Origin: Eledone cirrhosa | Lineage: Eukaryota | Direction: 5' to 3' | DNA length: 64,000 nt | Assembly (NCBI GenBank): GCA_964016885.1 | Contig: OZ024741.1 | Location: forward strand, 238,886,001-238,950,000 | In this document: positions 24,224 to 38,649 of the stretch, piece by piece | Numbering within the stretch: position 1 is the first letter of the stretch | How the letters are laid out: every line of letters begins with the position of its first letter | Position numbers and translations under genes: made by a program | Notes under the pieces: model-generated | The model's input: the letters and a program-made list of their open reading frames with translations, nothing else | Database searches by the model: none | What the model was told of the DNA's origin: nothing

Positions 24224-25062
24224 AATAAGGATGGCTGCGCATTGCAAATGGTGGTGCATATGAAAAAGTAAGTCCTTCATCAGTGCCCCTCCAACCGTCC
24301 CAGGCATTTCATCGCTTTAAGGGCCATATGCCTCAGGTTGGTGCGAACAACGGCTAAAAAAAGTCGTTGGGACACGTAAATAAAGGGGACGTTAGGGTAA
24401 CAAACAAAATGGTTTAAGCAACGGAAAGTGAGAAGAAATAGACAAGTCCCAGATCTCTATGAATATAAACTCGGTGAAATCGTGAACAAGAGACAAAAGA
24501 CCATCAAACCTGGTTGAAATGTGAGCAAGTAAGGAATTTCGCACAGGTCTAACGGGGGGGGGGGGGGGGGAGAAAAGGAAGAAGAAGAAGAAGAAGAAGA
24601 AGAAGAAGAAGAAGAAGAAGAAGAAGGGGTCTGGTCTACGAATTCGGTAAACATAAGTTTTGTGAAGTCGCAGACGAAAGAGAGAGAGAGAAAAAAATTC
24701 CATACCAGCTTGACCAAGACCGCGCGAGAAAAGAATTACACACAGGTCAAACTTGAAGGAGGAGGAGGAAAGCGGAGGAGGAGAGGTAGTGACAGAGAAT
24801 GAGTGAGTGAAAGTTGAGGAGGAGGCTAACACAGAGAGAGACTGCTAGAAAGGGTAAAAGGTACAAAGAACGAGAAAGGGTAAAAGGTACAAAGAACGAA
24901 GCAGACGGGTGGCAGCAGAAGAAAAATTATGTGTAAATATGATAATAAGGATGGCTGCGCATTGCAAATGGTGGTGCATATGAAAAAGTAAGTCCTTCAT
25001 CAGTGACCCTGCAACCGTCCCAGGCATTTCATCGCTTTAAGGGCTATATGCCTCAGGTTGGT
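24221..25062. mobile_element. Non-coding element with 122-bp terminal direct repeats, inserted in (TA)n
   Basis: 24221..24342 is nearly identical to 24941..25062. The interior has a G run, (GAA)n and a 26-bp tandem duplication. Confidence 0.7.
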
Positions 25063-26269
25063 TATATATATATATAATATGAATATTGTGTGTGTGTGTG
25101 TGTGCATGTGTGTGTGTGTATATTTGAGTGTGCATTAAAGGGCAGATGATTTCCTCAGAGTCAATGGCCAACCACTCCAACTATGTGATAAATAGCCTCT
25201 CCAACCTGCAGCTGGCCAAGTGTGGTCAGTAAGGCTATACTCCTAACATGATCAAAACCAAACAGAAAGCAGTGGATGTCTCCAACAGGAAGGAGATGGC
25301 CTAAGATTGGATTGTTATTTCTGTATGTGTACATATATGTATATAAGCACATGTATGTATATGTACATTTATATATATATAAAGTAACAGACTGACTGAC
25401 AGTGGAATTCAGGAATAATATTTTGTGAAGTAAGACATATTAATAAACACCAAAATCTATCTGTAGAATTCTGAAACATTCCAAAGATGTTTACAGTTCC
25501 TAATGTTGTTCAGTTGTTATCTAAATGCTGTGTACTTGAAACGTTCAAACTAATATAATGAGATGTGACAAGTTATTTATTTCATATTGTTTTTATTGTT
25601 ACTACCTTTCACTTTCACCAACTAGAAAGTCAAAAGATGGATATTAGAGCTACAAATGTAGTTGAATAAAGATAAGCACACTTGAGAAGATGGAAAGAGA
25701 CAGAGAGAAAGATGATAGAAAAATGAAAAACAAATTGATATGACAAAGATTAAGATACATACTTTGGAAATGACTTTTTTTTTACTAATACACTTTTCAA
25801 GTTGACAACATAAATAAGTTTTCAGCTTTACTGTTAATGTTTGTTGATTTTCTCCTCTTCAAATGAGATGGAAAAATTTGATCAAAATGTATATATTTTG
25901 TCTTTCTTTGTTAGACTCAAACACTCTTGGTTTTGTTTAGAATTCTAACACAATTGAAAGTGTCATTTGGATACTTAATGTTAGAAAGAATAATTAAAGC
26001 AAGGTTTCGTTATTTAAGTGAAGGGATGATAGAATTATTTAGCCATGTATATAAATGTATTCAATATGAAATTTATTGGATATCTCTTTGTTGAATTACT
26101 TTGGTTAATTTATATTATCTGATCCATATTATAAATAATTGTGGATTGAATAAAATTATTTTATGATTTAACAATCTGGTATTTAGGGGAGTGTAGCTAA
26201 TGTTATTTTAGGGAAGGTTGATACTAATTCAGTGACATCACTATTTACTGTTAGCATCATATTGTATGG

Positions 26270-26700
26270 CAGTTAAATATGGTTGGCAAAGACAGAGCAT
26301 ATATAGAGGGTGGAGAGAAATGAAGCAAGTATACACTCCACCGGATGTGTAATGTTAGTGTGGATGAATGCTGCAGTGTAAATGGACTGAGAAAGGGTTG
26401 GGTATAAAATGAATCAGAAGTACTATTCAAGAGAGAAGACTACACTGGTGTGGCTATGTAATGCATTTGGATGGACACTGGGTGAAGAAGTGCCAGGTGA
26501 TGCCAGTGGAAGGAAGTTGAAGTAAGGGAAGACTGAGAAGAACCTAGGCAGAGGTGGTTAGAGCTCATATCAAAACACTGAACCTCACAGAGAAGATGAT
26601 AAAGGAATTCTAGACATAGAGGGAAGCTGTGCTGGAAAAGGCATCCAACTCAAGCAAGCATGGCAAAGAGGGCATAAAAATGATGATGATCATCATCATT
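26270..26700 (+). mobile_element. Old RTE 3' fragment
   Basis: Degenerate match to the family B 3' end, with (GAT)n. Confidence 0.7.
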
Positions 26701-26711
26701 AACATCGATAT

Positions 26712-26940
26712 TTAACCCCTTAGCATTTAAACTGGCCATATCCAGCCAGAATTCTCTCACCTCTTTCTGCACAAATCAGCCATAACTGGTCGCTCATACT
26801 GACATTGTGGTATTGTTCTCATAATAAGTAATATCAAAATCTCGTAGATTCAATATTATGTGAGATAAATATGTAAGATAAAGCCTTTACTGTGAAAATA
26901 CAATTGTAAATATTGAGTAATGTAAATGCTAAAGGGTTAA
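26712..26940. mobile_element. piggyBac-like MITE with TTAA target duplication
   Basis: TTAA|CCCCTTAGCATTTA ... TAAATGCTAAAGGG|TTAA (13/14 TIR match). Confidence 0.8.
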
Positions 26941-27030
26941 CTGTTCATTCCTATGTGTTAATATGGGTTGGTATATAGAAAACTACCACTTAACAAGATA
27001 ATTTGTCATCACATTGAAGTTCTGCATCAG

Positions 27031-27219
27031 AGCGGTGGATTGGCAGTATCGGTAGAGGGTCGGACGCCATGCTTTCCAGCATAGTTACGTCCCTTTACGA
27101 TCTGAGTTCAAATTCCGCCGAGGTTGACTTTGCCTTTCATCCTTACGGGGTCGATAAAATAAAGTACCAGTAATGCACTGGGTAATTGCTGGCCTTGTGC
27201 CTAAAGTAGAAACAATTAT
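27031..27219 (+). mobile_element. tRNA-derived SINE family A, full length
   Basis: A box TGGCAGTATCGG (27041), B box GAGTTCAAATTCC (27104), core gcctttcatccttacggggtcgataaaataaagtaccag; many copies in the window. Confidence 0.88.
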
Positions 27220-27892
27220 ATCTAATCTGTGGTCTGCCTCTGCTACAGATAACCTTTATTGATGTTACATGGCACATATTTTACCCAGCACTTATTGTCC
27301 ATCTGCATCATTTGCTAATACCAAGACAGGTATTTCTCTTGAATTTATTTGTTTATACCCTTAACATCCATCCAATTTTTCAGCTAATTTACTGTGGAGT
27401 TATAAGTGGCACATTGAAAGTAACAGGAGCCACAATGACAAAACAAGATGGCTTCTTTCCTCATTGGGATTTGATATGAATGGTCATAAACCTAGGGATT
27501 TCTGGTACATCACTGCTTATGCTACTTCTGGTGTGCCACTCAGAACTCCTACATTTACACTGTTTTTTCATATAAGTTAATGTTGAAGATTGGAGGATTG
27601 AATCATGAATACTTTATTTCTCTCAACTCTTCATATTTTCCCATTGAATCCCTAATATTGTGTTCTTACCATTTCCCTTCTTTCATACCATACAAGGCCA
27701 CTTCACAGTGTCTGGAGTTAATACATAAACCTTTCAGTAGAATTTGTTCTCCCCATCTTACAAGAGTAATTAAACTTCCTTTTCAATACTGAACATAATT
27801 TACAAACCTAAAGTGAAGTACATAGAATATTATGTAAACAGATATGTCAAACCTATCCACACATTTTGCTGTCACAATAAACTACTGGGTAT

Positions 27893-28060
27893 ATAATTGT
27901 TTCTACTTTTGGCACAAGGCCAGCAATTACCCAGTGCATTACTGGTACTTTATTTTATCGACCCCGTAAGGATGAAAGGCAAAATTAACCTCGGCGGGAT
28001 TTGAACTCAGACCATAAAGGGCCGTAACTCTTTGCTGCAAAGCATGGCGTCCGACCCTCG
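27893..28060 (-). mobile_element. SINE family A
   Basis: Reverse-complement copy ~700 bp from the 27031 copy. Confidence 0.85.
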
Positions 28061-31000
28061 ATGATGATGGCAATGATAATGATAACTTCAATGTGAAAAT
28101 AATACTGTATGCTTCAGGGTATATTTTATATTATTTCCAGTTCTATCAAACATGATGGACTCTATTGTTTTACCAACACACACACAATTGAAGAATTACT
28201 TCTTCCAAACTTATTTATTTTTGTAATGGATTATTTTTTCTTAATTGAAAAGACTTCCTATGGAAGACATATTGGATGTGGCTGAAATAGATGAGCACTG
28301 GATTAAATGATTTACAGTATTTAGTTTTATCCTTCAACTTGCTGAGTTCAAATTCCATTATAATCTATAATGCAACAGTTCTCAAACTGACAATACCAGA
28401 CCTTTCTCCTTCTCCAGATATTAGTGGGATTATTTGGCCCACCCTCCTCATCAATGAGAAGAGAAAATAGAGTTATATTACACTATAATGATAGAATTAT
28501 GGCTATAAAAATCATAAGTTTTTTTAATCATGGTAATTTCAATTTTCAAAGGCCCTTTTTTGAGAAACTGCTGTAAGCCTTGTCTAAATACATGAGGTTT
28601 TGTGTAAATGTAAAATATCAATATAAGTTATGTGAAAGTCTATATATTTATAGTGAGGTTATGGTTTACTATGTAAGAAAAATCATGTTTAATGGATAGG
28701 CTAAAAATTCAAAATAAAATATTTAAGGAGGGGGAGGGTTCCTTATATAATGTATGTACTTACATTATTAATAAAACATCATCTGCAAATAAATGCTATA
28801 ATAGAATTACCTTCCATGGAAGATTTTAACTATCATTATATTTGGCGCTTGCTCATAAATGTCATTATCACTTCAAATTCTGACTTTTTTCCTTCTCTCT
28901 TATCTGTTTGAAAAGGGTCAACTTTTATCTGAATGTATTAACTAATTGGAAGTCTGCATTAATCTATCTTTACTTTTGATAAAATTGAATTATATTCATA
29001 GTTTGTTAACCTAAGACTGAATGGCAAATAAAGGTATACATTTTTAACAAAGCAAAACATGTAGATATATGAAAGAAAAAAAATGTGACAACACAGTGAT
29101 AAAAACTTTACATAATATGATCTTTTAGAAGTCATTACCTGAACTGTGAACGTCTATTGAATATTAATAAAGAGAAAAACACAAAGAGATGTATATCTCA
29201 ATTATAGATTAAAACATCTTTCTATGAATATTTAGTGTAATCTAATTTGAAGCATGCTTGGAATAATAATATAAGCAATAAATCAATTTATGTTTGCTTT
29301 ATATTTTTCTTTACAAACAATTCCTGAGAAAATACTTTCTAATTTGATTATATATTTCATGTACATCTTACAGTCTTATCATGTTGGTAACAGTGAAACA
29401 TGTTTGCACTTTGTCTCTGTTTTATTATATCCTCTCTAGTGATTCATTCTTCAAGTTGTCTAGCACCTACTCCTACTCTTTCTACCAAACACTATTTTTC
29501 TAAACTAGTTTGTATAATTTATTCTCATTGTGCATCCACACACATGCATGTACATATTTTTATGTAGGTGGATATAACAATATATCGTATCTTCTCAATA
29601 TTTTACAGGTATTTTACAGTCCAACTGTCCCTTGAATTCTTATACTTTGATTGGATCGGTCTACACTTTCACTTAATTTCTTTTACTATTATACATTACA
29701 TTGTTTCAATTTTTTATCATTAAACTTCTTCAACCTATTATAAACCCAATCTTTACATTGAGTGAGGAGGACTCTGAGGCCCTGTCAAGCACCTGACAAC
29801 ATCTCTAGTGTAGGTGCCATGATGAAGAGCACCCAGTACATGGTAAAATGGTTGGCAATCAAATAAAGACAAATATAGAGCAGTGAGGATTCTCCAGCCT
29901 GGCCAAGAACTTGATGACTTCTTTAGTCCTGGTGGCCTAATATGTTCTTCCACTACACTCTGTAATGTAAGTTAGCAATCAATTGGAGACAATATAGGGG
30001 CTCTCCAGTTTAACCAAGGATATGACGATTTCTCTAGTCTCTCAATAAAATGCACTGAATACATACATACACATAAACGTGTACATACATACACACATAG
30101 GTACACATGTGTATAAGTGTTTGTGTGTGTATATATATATATATATATATCATGCTAGCATGGAAAATGGACATTAAATAATGATGATAATGATGATATA
30201 TATAAACATATACAAACACACATACACGAGTGTGTGCATATACAAACACAAATACTTATACACATGTACATAGTATGTATGTTTGTGTACATATGTGTAC
30301 CTATGTTTGTATGTATTCATGAATGTATATGTGTGTGTTTATGTTTGTACCTAAATATGTCTGTTTATGTTTGTATACATGAATATATATATATATATAT
30401 GTGTGTGTGTGTATATACATGAATACATACAAACATAGACACACAAAAGCACACATATATATTTATACACACACTTTATTTCACATAGCTCTAGTCTACT
30501 CTATCTATATTTTGAAAGGCTAGCCTTGTCCCACACAATGTCATGTTGAATCTCCTTGAGAATTACTTTAAGAGGACATGTATTTGTGGAATGATTCAAC
30601 CATTTACACATTAATTTCACAAGCAGGCTGTTTGTTTGATCAAACAATTGGAACACTCATTATCAGAACAGATGGAGTTCCAGCTTCCTTATTTATATTA
30701 ATTTCTAATTTAAGCACAAGACCAGCTAATTGGGGAGAAGGGTAAAGTTGATTAAATCAACTCCAGTAACTTGTCTGGTACTTTATTTTATCGATCTCAG
30801 AAAGAGGAAAGGCAAATTTGACTTCTGTAGGATCTGAACTCAGAACGTAAAAAGCCAGAACAAATACCACAATGGCATTTTATCCAAATTCTACCAATCC
30901 ATCACCCTCTCCCTGGTTTGTATTAAAACCCAGTATTATGTCATAAACTTATCACATCTCTCACTTTCTGTCTTAGAATATTGTGGAATCTTCTTCACAC

Positions 31001-32007
31001 TGCCACTTATCTAAGTAAACTATATGCCTGCCCCTGCCTTTGTTCCATACTTTCTTCATACCTCCCACTCTTGTGCTTTCTTACCTCCCACCTCTCTGTT
31101 TTCTTTGCTATTTCCCAGCCTACCTCAGGCTAGCAAAACAAAAGAAATGCTAAACAGTTTACTTCTGAATAATAGTTTACTTTCTTCTATACCACATACA
31201 CACATTCACATGCTCACATACATACACACATACACACATGTATTAGAACTTTATTGAATATATTGAAACACTGTTCATTTTCATGTTTATTTTTATATAA
31301 TGGAAAGTTTCCATGTATCTGTTTTCTGTATGAAATACTGTAGTGGTCCGTGAAAAGAAGTAACCACAGTATTTTACTGGAAGGAAAATATTCACAAAAT
31401 GACAGTAAAAACAACAACAACAACAACTAAAATGTCAGCTCTTGCAACATGCATGACTTGCAAGTGAAATGAAAGTTAACTAAAGAGACAGCACAAGTAA
31501 AATAACATCAGTGAAGAAAATGATGCAGAATCTAACAAAACATACAGTGCTGACCCCTTGAGCAACACCATCAAAGTTCTACTGTTATTTATAAAAGGAA
31601 GATAATTGACATTCAAGTAGGAAAAAATACATTTGCAAAGTACCCGTCCAATTTTGGCTTGAACAAAGGGAGTAAATCACTGTGGTAAACTAGCCCCAAA
31701 CTATTTAACTACAAATAAATTAGCAGTAATCTTTCTACAAAAAAAAAAAAAGAGAGAAAAGATGTTATCAATGGCTAGATGTGACAAAAGAAATTCACAA
31801 TACACTTTAACTGTCCTTCATAGCCAGAAGAGTCAAAATTAGTCTTGCAAATATTTTACAAGCTCATTAGTGGAAAGTTTTAACAAAGTTGTTCTATTGA
31901 TGATGTCATTAGCAGAAAGTTTTACACTATTCTGACAGTTGCATTAGTGAATGTTTCTCATTACTCTTTTGACAGTGCATGTTTCTATAAGTTCCACCTT
32001 ATATATA

Positions 32008-32850
32008 TCATCATCATCATCATCATCACCGTTTTACGTCAATATTTCCACGCTAGCATGGGTTAGACAGGTTGTCCTGTTGTGGACAATGCCAGGTCAA
32101 GTGACGATGTCTTGTTCATGCAGGACTGATTTTGGCTCGGTTTCTACAGCTGGATGCTCTTCCTAACACCAACCTCATTTACAGTGAGTACTGGGTGCTT
32201 TTTTACCATGGCACCTACACGACCACTTTACAGTGTGGACTGGGTGCTTTTTGTCATGACATCTACTCAATTACTTTACAGTGGGAGGGGTGTGGGGGCA
32301 TATTGTCTATATGCTTTAACTTTGGCTTGTACCCGTGGGATCTCAGGTCTTCTGTATTACTACGTAATGCCAGAGGTCTTGATCCTGTGTCATCATCTTT
32401 GAGAGGTGCAATTGGGCAAGGTCAGTTTTTATCCCCTCATCCCAGGTCTCCTTGGGTCTCCCAACTCCAAGGCTTCCATCGACTTTTAGTGCTCTGCACC
32501 TTTTTGTCCAAATGTCATCCTTCATACGCATCACATGTCCATACCAATGCAATCTCCTCTCCTGCACACAACATTTGATTCCTCTTATGCTTAGTCTCTT
32601 TCTTAATTTGTTTAAGCTTTGCCATTTGCGTATATTACTATTACACATTCATCAGAGCATACACGCTTCATTTCTTTTTAATCTGCGCAAGTCTTCTGCA
32701 CACAACCCCCAGGTCTCACTACCATGTAACATTGTTGTTCGTATGCATGCATCATACAGTCTGCCTTTCATTTTTAGAGAAAAGCCTTTTGCAGTTAGCA
32801 GTGGTTGTAGTGCCCTGAACTTCTTTCATCCTGTTCTTACCCTGGTTACT
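32008..32850 (-). mobile_element. RTE LINE (family A-related), 5'-truncated
   Basis: RRLHWYGHVMRM...GRPKETW, 3'UTR and (CAT)n tail. Confidence 0.88.
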
Positions 32851-32873
32851 ATACTATATATATATATATATAT

Positions 32874-33113
32874 TTGTAGTAAGGTTGCTTGGATGCATCC
32901 GTAGGCGGTATGCCAGTTGAGCACTCTATTCTCCTTCGGAGCAGAGTATAATAATATGTAAAATGAAGAATCAGATAGACGTATCTGAGGAACTTGCAAA
33001 TCCAGAGTCAGGTTCGATCCACAAACAGATCGCACCTCAAGCTGTTCGCCGGAGAAACAATTGTAATACATTAATAAATTGTGTTCCGATGTATCACTGA
33101 TTCTTCGTTTTCC
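32874..33113 (+). mobile_element. Isolated LINE-like 5' end sharing its first ~55 bp with 42822
   Basis: ttgtag..ggttgc...atgc.tccgt.ggcggtatgcc.gttgagcactc is shared. Confidence 0.6.
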
Positions 33114-33149
33114 ATATATATATATATATAGATGATGATGATGATATAT

Positions 33150-34964
33150 ATACAGAATGGGGTCATACCAAATGACTGGCATAGCAACATCATCACTAAC
33201 TGCTACAAGGGTAAAGGAGATGCTCTAGATAGGGGAAACTATAGAGGCATTAAGTTAGTTGACCAGGTCATGAAGGTCACTGAAAGACTTATAACGCAAC
33301 TAATCAGAGAGCGAATTGATCTAGATGAAATGCAGTTTGGGTTTGTGTCAGGTAAAAGTACCACAGATGCTCTTTTATCTGGTCGGCTCTTAGAAAACTA
33401 GGAGTAGATGAATGGCTTGTGAGAGCTATACAAGCCATGTATAAAGAAACAGTCAGCAAGGTTAGAATTAACAATGAATATGGTGTTCATCAAGGCTCTG
33501 TCCTTAGCCCCCTCCTATTTATTATTGCCCTTCAGACTTTAACAGAGGAGTTCAAGACCGGCTGCCCATGGGAACTTCTATACACAGATGATCTAACTCT
33601 CATAGCTGAATCGATGGCTGAACTAGAGAAGAAATTCCAAACATGGAAGCATGGCCTAGAATCAAAAAGCCTTAAAGTTAACTTGTCTAAGACTAAAGTT
33701 CTAGTATGTAGAAAGAAAAATAGGGCAAAGGTGCCCTCTAGGAAATGGTCATGTTCAGTGTGTAGGAAAGGAGTAGGTACAAATTCCATGTTATGTCCCA
33801 AATGCAAACTATGGGTACATAAAAGATGTAGTGTAGTGGGATCACAGGTAAGCTATCTAAGAACGTAGATTTTATATGTGGCCGATGCTCAGGTGCAATA
33901 AGTAGCAAGTGCCCACAGGATACTAGCTTCTTTTATTGCTCAGATGTTTCTATAGAAATAGTGGACACTTTCCCTTACCTGGGTGACAAAATCAGCAGTG
34001 GTGGAGGGATGCTCTGAAAGTACAGTAGCCAGAGTCAGAACGGGATGGAAAAAGTTCAGAGAACTTATATCACTATTGGCCGCTAAAGGTTTCTCTCTAA
34101 AAATGAAAGGCAGATTGTATGATGGCTGTATACAAATAGCAATGCTACATGGCAGTGAGACATGAGCATGGCGCGCAGAGGAGCTGCGCAGACTGGAGAG
34201 GAGCTGCGCAGACTGGAGAGGAATGAAGCATGCATGCTCCGTTGGATGTATAATAGTAATATACACGAACGGCAAAGCATAAATGAACTAAGTGAGAAAT
34301 TAGGAATAAGATGGAGCAGATGCTGTTTACTCGAGAGAAGACTACGTTGGTATGGTCACATGATGCGCATGAAAGACGACAGCTGTATAAAAAAGTACAG
34401 CGCGATCAAAATTGATGGGAGTTTCGGAGTAGGTAGACCCAGAAAAACCTGGGATGATTTGATAAATTCCGACCTTACACACTTGCACCTCTCTAAGACA
34501 ATGTCACTGGATCGAGATCTTTGGCGCCATGCAACAATACAGAAGATCTGCCTTGCCTATGTACAAAGCGAAACCTACAGTCAGTAGGCCCCTCTTAACC
34601 AAATATACACCCCATCCCACTACACCTACTCCACCCTCCCACTCCCACCAAGACCACCGCTTTCTCTGTAAAGTTATGTTGGTACCACAACATCCAGTCA
34701 AAATAAATGAGGTCGTGTAGGTGTCACGACAAAAAACACACAATCCACGCTGTAATGTGGCCGTGTATGTAACATGGTAAAAACCTCCCAGTCCACACTG
34801 TAAATGTGGTTGGTGTTAGGAAGGGCATCCAGCCATAGAAAACCTGCCAGACAATCCTATACGAGCGAGACATGGTCACCTTACCAATCCTGCCTCAAGT
34901 GGGACAATTCCTGTCTAAACCCATGCTAGCGTGGAAGATAGACGTTAAACAATGATGATGATGA

Positions 34965-34968
<4 letters not shown>
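33150..34968 (+). mobile_element. RTE LINE family A, 5'-truncated with internal deletions
   Basis: Collinear with 2860..4985. It lacks the YLAFVDLEKAFD block, has YTDD, and carries a 21-bp tandem duplication near 34177..34220. Confidence 0.92.
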
Positions 34969-35000
<32 letters not shown>

Positions 35001-35057
35001 TAACAGGGAAAGCAGACAATAAAAGGTGATGATAATGATGATATATCATCATTATCA

Positions 35058-35247
35058 TTGGTGGATTGGCAGTATCAGTAGAAGGTCGGACGCCATGCTT
35101 TGACGCAAAGAGTTACGTCCCTTTACGATCTGAGTTCAAATCCCGCTGAGGTTAACTTTGCCTTTCATCCTTGCGGGGTCGATAAAATAAAGTACCAGTA
35201 ATGTACTGGGTAATTGCTGGCCTTGTGCCAACAGTAGAAACAATTAT
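35058..35247 (+). mobile_element. SINE family A
   Basis: A/B boxes plus core. Confidence 0.87.
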
Positions 35248-38200
35248 CATTATCACCATCATTTAGTGTCCATTTTTCCTGCTAGTGAGGGTCAAACAGG
35301 TCATCACAGATCAGGTCAATACTTAACTGGAGCTACTGACTTCCCAGTCAGGCTGAGGATCTGCTTTTACCTTACACATGTTCCTATACTCTACAGAGGT
35401 GCATTTTATCATGGCACAAGAGCTAGAGAAGTTGTTATGGTTTTTACACAATTGAAGAAATATCCCAATACTTTGGAAGATTTTCTACAGCTTGATGTGT
35501 TTCCTATCACCAACCACTTTACAGATTGTCCTGGGTATTTTTATCATGTAGATCCACAACCCTATTGAATCAAGACGTGGTTCTCTGACTGATGTGTGTT
35601 TGTGTGTATGTATATATGTATTTATATATATATATGTGAAAGAGACAGAGAGAGAGAGAGGGATTTGAAAAGAAAAGAAATTATCATATTTTTAAGTTAA
35701 CATACATGACAAGAAATATCTCTTAGAAAGAAAAAGAGCACTAATTCAAGAATGGACTAAATGAAAGCATTTCATTCAGTTAATATACCCTTGGGTTGTG
35801 TGGAATATTGTAGACAATTTCTGATAGCATTCTCTTAAGTTACATTGAAGATATTAGAAAATATGATTCAATACTTTTGTAAGTGCTCTGTAGAGAATAT
35901 CAGAAATTTTCCATTAAGTCAACTACAGAACTTGTGGAGAATCAGAAAGTTCTGAGATTTGAAATAATTCCAAGCAGTGAAAAAGGAGAATAGTTTTTGG
36001 ATATAGATTTTTCCAAAAGTAAACTTGTATTTCAGCCAAGACAGGTTAATTGAAATTGAATCTATGACAATGGCAAATCATGAGTATTTGTCTATTTTTA
36101 GTAGAATTGACTCCACCCTAGTTATTGTAAGGCCTCAAAAGCAAGAAGTTTTTTTTCTTTTTTTTTTTGCTGTTTAAGTTAAGAAAAAATAAATAAACGA
36201 AAAACAAAATTGAAATTTATGGCTTTGAAACATTGATTCCAAAATTCTTTGTTAAAAAGGTATAAAAATCATATCAATTGTATGTTGATACTATAATTCT
36301 GTAAGAAATAATCCAAAAAAGTAAGATGATCTTGTATAAATCTATCCACATGTTTTGTAAAATAACCAATTTTTTCAGACTCTATTTGGCAACTTTATTC
36401 TGAACACAATACAAAAACCATTATCTGAGCATGAAGAAGGCTAGAATCTGTCAATGGAGAGTAGATATACGTTGTACATCCTGTTAATATGACTTTTATA
36501 CACATTCAATATGCTAATTTATTTTTAAATTGCTTTATTCACACAGTATCACTGTGTCGTTAAGAAATTCACTTCAAAAACATGAAGTTACCACTGCAAT
36601 GGCATCTTGGAATGTTTTTTTTTTTAGCCCTAGGCCAACCAATGCTTTTAAAGTTAATTTGGTAGAGAAAACTGTAAGGAAATCCGTCATGTGTATGTGT
36701 ATGTATATATATACATGTGTGTGTATATACCATACTAAGAATAAAGTATGGCAGCTGAAAGTGCATTTGGCTATAAAAAATCTACCACAAAAAATAAAAA
36801 AATCTTGTCGAACACATGCATATGTTGTAAAGATGGTCAAAAATCACTTGTCTCTTATTTTGAATATATAAGTTTAGCAGTTATAAGCATGGCATTGTTC
36901 TTTTTCTGTGGGGGTTTATCTTTTTTTTAAATATGGTCTATTGTGACAGGGTTAGGTTTTGTATATATCTCTCTACAAAGACATGTTCATTCAGGCCTAT
37001 ACTGTAAGCTTAATCAGACATTAACACATGAAATACAGATACAGAAAATAGATTTTAAGTTATAATTAATCAATTCCATGCATTAACTTATATGTATATT
37101 AGATTAGAGAACATGAATTTAAAATATTGATTTATTAGTCATTATTTCAAATCATGTATCATCTCTTTATTAGATTTTGATTTTACCAATCAGAATAAGG
37201 AAAGGGTTGTGTATGTGTGTGAAAGAGAAAGGAAAGATTTATTACGTTTAATTTGAAAACGAGCCCTCACCATTGCTTACAATTGCAAGTATATAAGTAG
37301 GCTGAGTGTATATGGCCATGAATATATATGATTCTGAATGGAAATGCATTTTCATAAGTTATATGATTCAGTGTTGAAGATAATATTGGTAGTAAAAATT
37401 ATCTACTATTCATGAAATACATTCTCTCTAATGAAATATTAGTCAACTATTGTAATGTTTTCCACTGTCAAACATCAACTGGAGCTTTCATAGGTGGTGA
37501 AGGCTTTAACAAAATTATTTCTGACTCATAAAGAAAATTTCCATAAGATTTATTTCAGAAATAATATCAAGTTTCTTTTGTATAACCAACATAAATTGGT
37601 TCAGCTTGGCCTCATCCTATGTGTTTCTTGTTTCTACTTCTAGGTCAGCCATAACTTTCATACTTCATTTACTCATCCATTTCCTCTTATCATTCACATG
37701 TGCACATGCACACACATATAACATGTATTCACACACACACACACATATATATACATATATATATACACATATGCATATATATATGCATATATATAATATA
37801 TATATATATATATGCGTGTGTGTCATATTATTCTTCGTTCTTCTAGCAAGTTCTTTATACTTACAACAGGAGAATGTTATTTTAGATTACCTATACTTTA
37901 TCATACAGATTTATGTTAAAACGCCATCAGAATATTTGCATGTCCTTTCATCGTAGCTATAGTTCAGCTTCTTTTATTGCTTATGTTCCATAAGGGTATA
38001 ATATAAAAATTCCTAATGCAGTCTGTCTTCCAAGTAATAAAGTTTCCTAAATTTCTTTCATCAAGTCTGTGCTGTAACCATTTTACTTAGCTAAAAACTC
38101 TGCCCAATACACTGACCATGGCACCAAGATAATTGAAGTTTTCAATCACTTTCAGAGGACCAGCAGTGAACACCATTAACTTCCCAGATGGTTTGTTCCC

Positions 38201-38649
38201 AGAACTAGCTTTATTAAAGCATTCCTCTTTCTCGCTCTCTCTCTCTCCTTATTTTTCTCTTTTTTTCTATCGTATTTGAAAATCCAAGTTGTCAGAACTA
38301 AGCAGTCAGATTAATGTACACATATTTATAGCGGATATCATCAACTAGGCAGAGATGATGAATAAAAAAAAAAAAACTGTGCACGCTAGTGTGTGATGGA
38401 GAAGGAGTGGAGGTAGAAGAGAAGCTTTTCAGTTTCTCATTTAACATAGATACTTTTATTAAACGTCAATATTGGTACTAACAACTAAAGCCATCAGCAT
38501 ATTCAATTATCTCTATACTAGCAGTACTAACTTTTCAGCATGACATCTTCCTTCCCTCCATCACCACTACACTCATGCGCCCACCCCCATGTATACACAA
38601 ACATATAAAACATTTGAAGTATCTATGTAAGTGTGCGTGTATATATATA

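Noticed and set aside
24221-24342. H/ACA snoRNA or hammerhead within the terminal repeat
   Set aside because: Two hairpins but no ANANNA hinge; the CUGAUGA has no correctly placed GAAA or stem III.
27031-27120. tRNA gene
   Set aside because: A/B boxes are present but no cloverleaf is evident, and it continues into a multi-copy SINE body.
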